Positions 40,101-48,354 of a DNA stretch of 64,000 nucleotides are shown here, in pieces. A model generated the notes under the pieces. The model was not told the origin of the DNA. It did not search any database and saw nothing but the letters and a program-made list of their open reading frames with translations. The translations under genes and the position numbers were made by a program. Each line of letters opens with the position of its first letter. Position 1 is the first letter of the stretch. The stretch is taken from positions 192,001 through 256,000 of the forward strand of contig CAVYJM010000006.1 in NCBI GenBank assembly GCA_963768855.1. Reading direction: 5' to 3'. Origin of the DNA: an uncultured Thermoplasmata archaeon (GTDB lineage: Archaea; Thermoplasmatota; Thermoplasmata; RBG-16-68-12).

Positions 40101-43100
40101 GGACCGCCCCTCCGGCCGCGATCGTAACGTTCCCTGAAGTCGTGGCCATGCTCGCCTCCAGGTTCAGGACGCCGCTCGCGCCGATCGAGAGCGTGGATTG
40201 AAGGGTGAGGGTGAAGTTCGAACCCGAGGTGTCCAGGGTGCCGTTCACGGACGTGGCGCCCGACACGGTGACGTTCGAGCCCAGGGTGGTCGTCCCCGCG
40301 TTCTGGGTCAGGGTGTTGAAGGACTCGCCGACGCTCATCGTGAGCGTCCCGCTCGCGCCGAACACGACGGTCGAGGTCCCTTTGTTCCACACATGGTTGG
40401 CGGCGGTGGACGTCCAAGAGCCGTTGACCGTAATCGTGGAGCCGTTCGCGGTCAGGGTTCCGCGGCTGCCGAGGACAAGCCCTCCGGACGTGAGGGGGAG
40501 ATTCGAGGCGCCCGTCGTCAGGACCGTGTTTCCCGTGGGCGTGGCCGCAGTGTTCACGACTGTCAGGGTCCCCGCAATCCGGAGACCGTTCGTCGCCATC
40601 GTATAGGTCATGCCTGCGGCGGTCGTCGTGTCGAAGACCACGTTGTTGGCCTCGTTCGCTCCGAGGTTGGCAAAGGCCATCGTCGCGTTCGCGGGGGCCC
40701 GGAACGTGAGCGTGCCGGTCCCTGCCGACCAGTCGGCGCTGTCTGCGGTGTTGTTGGTCCACGAGCCCGCGATGGTCCATGCCGCGCTCCCGAGCACGAG
40801 ATAGGAGTTCGCGTCCGAGACGAGCACGGCTCCACTGATCGTGACGACGGATCCTTCGGATCTCAGGGCGCCTCGGGGGTTACCGAGGGTGAGTGACCCT
40901 GCGCTGAGGTTGTAGCTGCCCGCGGACGTGTCGAGGATTGTGGCGGCGGTGGCGCCCGCCGCCGTGTTCCGGATGGTTAGGGCGCCCCCGATCTTGAGGG
41001 AGGCATCCCCCGTGGCACCGGCCGCCATCATGTAGGTGATGCCGCCGGTCGACGTCGTGTCGAACGTCACAGCGCCGCCAAACTCGTTGCCCGCGAGATT
41101 CGAGCCGGTGAAGGTCATCGTTTTCGAAGCGGCAGCGCGGAAGGTCACCGCCGCCGCGAAGGACCAGGAGGCGGACGTGGTCCGGTCCGTCCAGAGGCCT
41201 GTGATGGCCCACGAGCCTCCCGTGTTCGTGATGTAGGCACTCGTCGCACCGATTGTGGCGTCGCCGTTGAGGGTGATCGTCGAAGCCCGCGTGTTGAATG
41301 CGCCCAAGGCGGATTCGGTCAGTCCGCCGGCCGTGACGGCGAGATTCCCCGCGGAAGTGTCCAGGATGACGGGCCCCGTCGCTCCCCCTGCGGTGTTCTG
41401 GACCGTCAGGACGCCACCGAGGTCCAGCGGGTTCGTCACCATCGTGTACGTGACGCCAGCCGCGGCGGTCGTGTCGAACGTCACGGCGCCGCCAAACTCG
41501 TTGCCCGCCTGGGCTCCAAAGGTCATCGTCTGGGCTGCCCCGGAGCGGAACGTGATCGGGGCGACGAAGGACCACGAGGCCGACGTGGACGTGTCCGTCC
41601 AGGATCCGGTGACTGTCCACGCGCCTCCCGCGTTCGCCACGGAGCCGGTGGCGGCGGAGACGTTGACGTTCCCGTTGACGGTGACGCGGAGGACTCCGAA
41701 TTGAACGCCCCCAGGTCGCGACCGTGAGCGCGCCTGCCGTGACGACCAAGTTGGAGGTGGACGTGTCCAGTCGCGTGGCCCCCGTGGCTCCGGCCGTGGA
41801 GTTGCGGAGAATCAGGGTGCCGGCCATCCGCAGTCCGTTCGTGGCCATCGTGTACGTCAGGCCGGCCGCGACACTCGCGTCCAGAGTGAGGTTGTTGAAC
41901 TCGTTCGTCGCGCCCGCTAGGTTGGCGAAGGTCAGCGTGCCGCTCCCGGCGTCCCGGATCGTGACCGTCCCGGTCCCCGCCGACCATGTGGCCGACGTGG
42001 AGTTGTTCGTCCACGTCCCGCTGATGGTCCAAGCGGACGTGCTCATCGTCACCACGGTTGCGGCGCCGAGGATCGTGACATTGCTGGAGATCGTGACGGT
42101 CGATCCCGGGGCAGGAAGGTTCCCTGGATCGTGAACGCGCCGTTCACGGTGAGGGGCCAGTTGTTGGCATTCGTCGTGTCGAGGGTTCCCGTGAAGCCCG
42201 TCATGTCGAGGCCGGCAATCGTGGTCGCCGCCGCGAGCGTCGTCGTCCCTGTCGGACTCGCGTTGAAGATGGCCAAGTCTGTCGCGGTCGGCGTGCATCC
42301 GCAGGATGCGCCACCGGAGGAGTTGGACCAATTTGCCGGGTTGCTCCACGCTCCACCCGCGCCGATCCGATAGCAGTTCGCTCCGCCGATGCTGCCGCAC
42401 GTCGGGGTGGCCACCACTTCCACCGCGGAGACGACCCACGTCGTCGCCGCGTTGGTCCAGGTGACCGCGGTCCCCGGGTTCGGGATGTCGGCGCCGGCGG
42501 CACATTCGTTGGAGCCCCCCCCTCCCGTGCAGTGCTGGATCGCCACGCCATACAGATCGGTCGCGGCCGCTCCGGTCCCAGTCACCGCGGTTGGCGGTAT
42601 GCCACCGCCTCCCTGCTGGATTGCCGCCACGGCGACGCCCAGGTTTCCGATCGAGATGGCTGACGTGAAGGTGATTGCCGCGTTGGTGGCCGTGTCCGTG
42701 TCGCTCGTTCCATTGATGAACGAACCGCTGGCCTTGACGCCTTGGAGGAGGATCGTGGCGCAGGACATCCTCGCGACTTGGCCTCCGGAAAGCGTGGCCG
42801 TCATCGTCTGGGCGCCGACCGGCACGCTGCCTGCGAACCCCCAGATCTCAGTCCTGACGAAGGTGCCGCCGTTCGCATCCGTGCTGGCTACGAGCGTGAG
42901 GCTGGCCGATCCGTACGTTACCGAGAGAAGAGTGAACGTCCCGCGTTCAGAGAGCATCACGAGGATCGCGTTGTCCGAGACCGCGGCGGTCTGGGATGTC
43001 GTACAGGTGTTCGTAGCCACGGTCACGTCGGTCACGGTCGTGCTGTCGACGACCACGGCCGCCCGCGCATCCCAGGTGAACAGGCCGAACACCCAGGCCG

Positions 43101-43488
43101 TGGCGGAGCGGACGGCTGCGCCCCAGTCGACCGGCGGGAACCACCGGTCGATGGCGTGGGCCACGCCTGCCGCGAGGGACTCCGGCTCCTGGCTCGGATG
43201 GGTGAATACGTTCAGGTTGGGCTGGAGATACCCCCTCTCGGCAAGCTGCATGGTCGGATACGAGGACCGAGCGGGTCCGAAGTACGTCAGATTCCAGAAC
43301 GGTTGCAGATCGTTGCCGCCGAACAGGAGGCGCTGGAGTTCGGGAGTGAGGGCGTGACCCGGGATGTGGAGGCTCCCGTCCGGCGCGCGATACGGAGCCA
43401 GCGGGTCCGTAGAAACGTGACTTACGAGTGCAAGTCCGGCCGTCGCCAAGAGGATGCAGGCGAGGAACGCCGCGCTCGCGGGTCTCAC
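28182..43488 (-). CDS. Giant surface protein (~5,100 aa reconstructed): repetitive beta-rich ectodomain, single TM, cytoplasmic longin-like domain and long coiled coil; four frameshifts in 5' part
   Basis: Track ORFs 42049-43578, 40880-42505, 41523-42032, 38968-41640 and 28182-39497 carry one continuous T/S/G/A-rich repeat text; frame changes at ~42105, ~41714, ~41686, ~39550; GTG start 43488 followed by hydrophobic signal. Confidence 0.8.
32800..42400 (-). repeat. Intragenic coding repeats of giant ectodomain
   Basis: About a dozen W-T-x-x-S/T-T-S-A-S-W-S units with flanking TMTF…EF…VTF and NG(S)xITV…TSTV motifs; imperfect at DNA level. Confidence 0.85.
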
Positions 43489-43692
43489 GGGACCACCGCG
43501 CTCTCGAGAGCCGATCCGCCTGCGTTGACCCGGCCGTCCAGCGTCGTACGGCGGAGCTCGGTAGGGCGCGCGCTCCATCGGGCCAGGATGCGATGTACCT
43601 GAGTACGCGACTGGGAATGCATGGTCGCCGTTCCCCGGCCGCGACGAGTTGTCGCCTGCGGCGGAATCGGGAAAAACGACCTCTTTCGGACC

Positions 43693-43702
43693 TATTTAAG
43701 AG
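43693..43702 (-). promoter_or_regulatory. TATA-like element CTCTTAAATA upstream of giant gene
   Basis: Same 10-mer (TATTTAAGAG on + strand) also at 45235-45244 upstream of the next paralogue. Confidence 0.5.
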
Positions 43703-43754
43703 AAGTCGGGTGGTTATCTGACCTGATTCCCTAGGGACGCGGGGAGGGTCCCGA

Positions 43755-45086
43755 CTATCGGGCCGGGAGGTTCCCGGACAGGCGGGCTTCGAGGGCTTCG
43801 AGCTCCGCGGCGCGCCTGCGGAGTTTCTCCTCTCGATCGAGCAGCTCCAGAGCCTTCTGCTGGATGATCTTGACACGTCGCTCGATGTCCTTGCGGGCCT
43901 CCTCGCTCTCGGCCGGGGACACTCCCGCGTCACTCGGGGCCGCCTTGGCGAGGGCCCCCTCGCGCGTGATCAGATCCTGCTCGCGTTTGGCGAGGGCCAT
44001 GTCCCGCTCCTCCATCGCCATCTCTCGTCCGCGGATCTTCTCCTCGCGGTCGAGCATCTCGATAGCCCGACGCTGCAGGAACTTGCGTTCCTTGCCGAGC
44101 TCCGACTTGACCGTCTCGAGCTCCTGCGTCGCGGCCGGAGAGGAGACGCCGGATGCCTCCGGAGGCTTGTGGGAGTTGACGAGCCGTTCTTTCGCCATCG
44201 CGGCGAACCTCTGGCTGAGCTCTTGGACGCGTCCCTCGATCGCGACGCGCATCCGCTCTGCCTCCGCCTCGCGGGCCGCCGCGTCCGCGCGCTCCCTGGC
44301 AATCGCGTCGGCGGCTTCCTTGGATTGCTGCTCGAGCTGGCGCACCTTGTCGGAGGCTTCGCGGTATTTCGATTCGAGCTCGTCCCGAGCGACCAGGAGA
44401 GCCTTCCGCTCGTCCTCGAACTGGTGGCGCAGATCCGTGAGCGCCTTGGCGTCCGCAAGATCGTGATTCTCGGCCGCGGATGCGGCCAGATGTTCGCTCA
44501 TCTCGAGCGACTGCCGTGCCCGGTCCACTCCGCTCGCCACGCCCTGCTGCATCTGGGCGACGTAGTCGGCAAGGGCCTTGAGCCGGTCCTTCTGACGGGC
44601 GAGCTCCTCGCCCCGCCCGTTCAGGTTCGCCTCGTCCGCCTTGAGCTGGACCTCGAGCTTGGCGAGTTCTTTCTCCCTCGCCTCGAGCTGCGCTTGGCGG
44701 TCGGTCAGCGCGGCATCCGGCTCGGCGTTCGCCTTCGGCGGTTCGAGGGCCCGGCCGGCCACGGTCCGCTTGGCCTCCGCGGCAAGATGGGCGTCTGCAG
44801 CGGTCAGGAGGGTCGCGGTCCAGTCCATGTCCTCGGGCGCCAGCTGTCCGCGCGAAAGGAGCACGAACACGAACTTCCCGCTCTGGAATGCGGTGAAGAC
44901 GTACTCGCCGACGAAGAGGGCCTCACGGTCGCCGATCCCGTCATCCGGGAGGACCTTAAGGAAGTCGTTGTAGTCAATGGGGCAGTCCGAATCCAGGACG
45001 TACTCCCCGTCCATGTCCCCCATCTCGTTGAGGACGTAGATCTTCTTCAGTTGTGCGCGCGTGGCTTTCTTCGAAGGAGGCGCCAT
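43755..45086 (-). CDS. Soluble longin/roadblock-like domain + coiled-coil protein (paralogue of giant protein tail)
   Basis: KIYVLNEMGDMDGEYVLDSDCPIDY N-domain; C-terminal DIERRVKIIQQKALELLDREEKL. Confidence 0.8.
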   Translation of the reverse strand: MAPPSKKATRAQLKKIYVLNEMGDMDGEYVLDSDCPIDYNDFLKVLPDDGIGDREALFVGEYVFTAFQSGKFVFVLLSRGQLAPEDMDWTATLLTAADAHLAAEAKRTVAGRALEPPKANAEPDAALTDRQAQLEAREKELAKLEVQLKADEANLNGRGEELARQKDRLKALADYVAQMQQGVASGVDRARQSLEMSEHLAASAAENHDLADAKALTDLRHQFEDERKALLVARDELESKYREASDKVRQLEQQSKEAADAIARERADAAAREAEAERMRVAIEGRVQELSQRFAAMAKERLVNSHKPPEASGVSSPAATQELETVKSELGKERKFLQRRAIEMLDREEKIRGREMAMEERDMALAKREQDLITREGALAKAAPSDAGVSPAESEEARKDIERRVKIIQQKALELLDREEKLRRRAAELEALEARLSGNLPAR

Positions 45087-45299
45087 GAGCACGGATGCGA
45101 GGGCGGGGCCGAGTGCCCTGAAGACGATACCGGTGACCAGGGTCTCGCGAACCCCTTGCATGCGCTGCCCGCCTCGGCGTCGCGAGGGCTGGACCTCGCG
45201 TTGCCATCGTGCAAGAATCGACTCGCCAGAAGGTTATTTAAGAGGGGGCCCTTGGTTATCGGGGCTGAGAAACTCTGCCTGCAGACGGGGGATTTTCTC

Positions 45300-45971
45300 T
45301 CAGGCCGGGGTCGGGGGGAGGCCGGCTGCGGCGCGGGGGTCCTTCGCCTTCTCCTCCTTCGCCGGGAGGAACGTGCGCTGCATCTGGACCGCGTAGTCGC
45401 GGAGCGTCACGAGCTTCGCCTCCCGCGAGCGGATGTCCGCCTCGAGTTCGTTCAGCCTCGTCGAAGCGACCCGGATCTCCGATTCCATGGTTCCTGCGCG
45501 CTGCTCGCGTCGGGCGAGGTCGGACTCCCGCTGTGCGATCTCCTGCTCCCGCGCCCGCAGGTCCAGATCCTTCTTCGCGAGGAGGGGCTCGATCATGGGC
45601 GGGATGTGGATGCGCGCGGCCGCGAGGAGCGTTCCCACCGAGCCGCGCTCTTCGATGCGGGGCACGCCGTGGGTGAGGATGACGAACCAGAGGTCGTCCA
45701 CCTTGAACGGGGTGAAGGCGTACTCGCCCTGGTAGAAGCTGACGAGGTGGCGCAGGCCGCTCACGGGCACCGAGCGGACCAGGTCGGAGTTCTCGAGAGG
45801 GCAATCGTCGTTGAGCGCGTACTCGCCGATGAGGTTGCGGTTCGAATCCATGACGAAGATCCTCTCATAGTCGATCTGCGGGACCGTCTTGGGGCCCCGG
45901 ATCGAGAACCTCGTCGGGACAATCCCGCTCGCGTTCCGAGTCTTCTCATCCTGCTCGCTGACCTCTCGCAT
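45300..45971 (-). CDS. Short longin/roadblock-like domain + coiled-coil protein
   Basis: RIFVMDSNRNLIGEYALNDDCPLE N-domain; LxxRE heptads; GGAGAGGAGG RBS. Confidence 0.8.
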   Translation of the reverse strand: MREVSEQDEKTRNASGIVPTRFSIRGPKTVPQIDYERIFVMDSNRNLIGEYALNDDCPLENSDLVRSVPVSGLRHLVSFYQGEYAFTPFKVDDLWFVILTHGVPRIEERGSVGTLLAAARIHIPPMIEPLLAKKDLDLRAREQEIAQRESDLARREQRAGTMESEIRVASTRLNELEADIRSREAKLVTLRDYAVQMQRTFLPAKEEKAKDPRAAAGLPPTPA

Positions 45972-46107
45972 GGAACTACGCCCTCCTCTCCCACTTTGGC
46001 GCGGTGCTTGGAAGATAGGCACACGGGGTCATTTGAGCGTTTCTATTGAATTCGCACGTTCTTGTTATCGAGCCTGGGAACATCACCGGCCGAGACCGGG
46101 GAATCGC

Positions 46108-46482
46108 TCACACGACGGCGCGTGCGGCGTCGATGTTGTCGACGCCAATCGCGAGCTGCACGTGGTCCCCCATGGACTCGAGGTGCACCACGCTCTGAAT
46201 GTCGACCCCCGCATCGCCGAGTTTGTGCGCGAGGGCGGCGAAGGCGCCTGGGGTGTCCGGGAGGCTGATGACGATCACGGTCCGCTGGGCGCACTCGTAC
46301 CCGGCCTTCGTGATCGACTGGCGCGCCTTGATCGGCTGGTCCGTGATCAGGCTGACATAGGAGTGGCCGGCGCCCGAGTTCGCGCTCATCGCGTCGATGT
46401 TGATCGATTCCTCCGCAAGGAGCCGGAGGATCTTCCCCAGCTCCCCGGGACGGTCCGGGATGTCGACGTCGAGCTGTATCAC
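46108..46482 (-). CDS. Tandem ACT-domain protein
   Basis: DRPGELGKI…INI and DTPGAFAAL…VDI ACT signatures. Confidence 0.9.
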   Translation of the reverse strand: MIQLDVDIPDRPGELGKILRLLAEESINIDAMSANSGAGHSYVSLITDQPIKARQSITKAGYECAQRTVIVISLPDTPGAFAALAHKLGDAGVDIQSVVHLESMGDHVQLAIGVDNIDAARAVV

Positions 46483-46598
46483 GCCTCGCTTCCCCGCTGC
46501 TCCTCTCCAAGGCACCCGAGGCTACTAGGGTTGCGCGTTTCCCGGCGCCTGCCGGCGAAGGCCTTATCGGGTGCGCGCACGGTCCGTACCGGGATCAC

Positions 46599-46994
46599 AT
46601 GCAGTTCCGGTTCGTCTACGTCGGCATCCAGGTCCGAGACCTCGACCGATCCATCGCGTTCTACCGAGACCTCCTCGGCATGAAGGTCGGGCGCCGCGAG
46701 AAAGTCGCGGAGACCGGCGGGGAGTGGGCGGAGCTCCGGACGCCCGGTTCCGACCTGCTCCTGGAGCTGAACTGGTATCCCGAGGGCACGCGCTTCTTCA
46801 AGGGTCCGTACCGGCACGGCGACGAGCTCGACCATCTCGCCTTCGACTGCGAGGATGCGGATGCGGCGTACCGCGAACTCGTCGCGAAAGGCGCCCGACC
46901 CGGCCTTCCCCCGTTCACAGAGAGCACGTCCCGCCTCGCCTACGTCGTGGATCCAGACGGCGTATGGATCGAGTTGTCCTCGAAGGCGCGCTGA
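46599..46994 (+). CDS. VOC/glyoxalase family protein
   Basis: VRDLDRSIAFY, LELNWY, LDHLAF, DPDGVWIEL. Confidence 0.92.
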   Translation: MQFRFVYVGIQVRDLDRSIAFYRDLLGMKVGRREKVAETGGEWAELRTPGSDLLLELNWYPEGTRFFKGPYRHGDELDHLAFDCEDADAAYRELVAKGARPGLPPFTESTSRLAYVVDPDGVWIELSSKAR

Positions 46995-47041
46995 ACCCGC
47001 AACCCTAAGTGCGCTCGTTCGTTCGGGGGACCGGGTTGGCC

Positions 47042-47908
47042 GTGGGCGCGGAATCCGACTTGATCTTCGGGCTCGCCACGGCGTTCGGGTACGGGAGCGG
47101 GGATTTCGTCGCCCGCCAGACGGCCCGCCGAATCGGGCACCTCCAGGTCCTGTTCTACATGGAGGTGGCGAGCCTCGCGCTCCTGGTCCCCGCAGCGGTC
47201 CTCTTCGATTCAGGCCAGTGGCACTGGACCCCGATGTGGGGGTACGCCGCTGGCCTCGCGGTCCTCAACGTCGTGGCATCGCTCTTCCTCTACCGCTCGT
47301 TCGAATACGGTGTCCTCTCCGTGGTCTCGCCCGTCGTGTCGACCTTCCCCGCGGTCACGGCGATCCTTGCGTTCGTGTTCCTTCCGGAGCAGCCCACGCC
47401 TTTGGTGGTCGCCGGGATCGTCGCGGCCCTCGCGGGCGTCGTCCTGATCTCGCGGGCCCAGGCGCACCCGGACAACCCTCCTGCGAAGGACGCCCGGAAG
47501 GGCCTGGTCAGCGCCGTCCTCTGCTTCCTGGGCTATGGGGTCTTCTACTTCGCCTTGAAGTTCGTCGTGGCGGACCTGGGCGTGCTCACGACCGCGGCGT
47601 ACATCCGGGTCGTCGGCGTCGCGGCGATCGCCGTGGCCATGCTCGTGGGGATCGCGCATGTCCGCCGCGTTCCCCGCGCGTTCGTCCCCTCCCTCGTGGT
47701 CGTCGGGGTCTTGGACAGCGCGGCGTTCCTCACGTACAACGTGGGGATTACCCTCGGCTCCGTCGCGGTCGTAGGCACGCTCAGCGGTCTCTTCAGCGCG
47801 GTGACCGTCGGGCTCGCGGCCCTCATCCTCCGGGAACGCCTCGTCCGGATTCAGTACGCGGGTCTCGCCGCGATCTTCCTCGGCATCGTGCTGCTGGCCC
47901 TCGCCTGA
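47042..47908 (+). CDS. EamA/DMT family transporter
   Basis: About 10 TM in two repeats; GVLSVVSPV, ILRERL. Confidence 0.9.
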   Translation: MGAESDLIFGLATAFGYGSGDFVARQTARRIGHLQVLFYMEVASLALLVPAAVLFDSGQWHWTPMWGYAAGLAVLNVVASLFLYRSFEYGVLSVVSPVVSTFPAVTAILAFVFLPEQPTPLVVAGIVAALAGVVLISRAQAHPDNPPAKDARKGLVSAVLCFLGYGVFYFALKFVVADLGVLTTAAYIRVVGVAAIAVAMLVGIAHVRRVPRAFVPSLVVVGVLDSAAFLTYNVGITLGSVAVVGTLSGLFSAVTVGLAALILRERLVRIQYAGLAAIFLGIVLLALA

Positions 47909-47948
47909 CGGCTCGAAGACCATATAGCGGCACCCACTTGCCGTCCGC

Positions 47949-48350
47949 ATGGTCCCCTGCACCTTCACCTACACGGGCATCCGCGTCCGCGATCTCGACC
48001 GCTCCATCGCGTTCTACACGGGCATCCTCGGGATGCGTCTCGTGTTCCGAATGAAGCTGCGGAAGACCCGCGGGGAGGTGGCTCTCCTCCGGAGCGGGCG
48101 GAGCCGCCAGCGCCTGGAGCTGAACTGGTACGAGCCGGGAAGCCGGTACGCAAAGCCGTTCCAGGTGGGCGAGGGCCTCGACCACCTCGCCTTCCGGACG
48201 GGGGACCTGAGGAAGGCGATCCGGGAGTTCCGCAAGGCGGGCCACGCCGTCGTGGACGGTCCGCACGGGGGCCCGAAGGCCGCGTGGATCTACATCCGCG
48301 ACCCGGACGGCCTATGGATCGAGATCAACGGCCCGCTCGCGAAGGCGTGA
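47949..48350 (+). CDS. VOC/glyoxalase family protein (paralogue of 46599-46994)
   Basis: VRDLDRSIAFY, LELNWY, LDHLAF, DPDGLWIEI. Confidence 0.92.
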   Translation: MVPCTFTYTGIRVRDLDRSIAFYTGILGMRLVFRMKLRKTRGEVALLRSGRSRQRLELNWYEPGSRYAKPFQVGEGLDHLAFRTGDLRKAIREFRKAGHAVVDGPHGGPKAAWIYIRDPDGLWIEINGPLAKA

Positions 48351-48354
48351 GGCG

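Noticed and set aside
39545-42110. Programmed ribosomal frameshifting of the giant gene
   Set aside because: Four successive shifts without slippery heptamers or stimulatory structures is implausible; error or decay is simpler
32800-42400. Repeats as CRISPR array or DGR template/variable pair
   Set aside because: Repeats are imperfect, in-frame and protein-coding; no spacers, cas genes or reverse transcriptase in the window
45836-45850. GGTTCGAATCC T-loop-like motif
   Set aside because: Lies inside a coding region with no cloverleaf context; not a tRNA
28182-46022. Mobile element, prophage or secretion-system island
   Set aside because: No integrase, transposase, capsid, terminal repeat, tRNA attachment site or secretion ATPase seen
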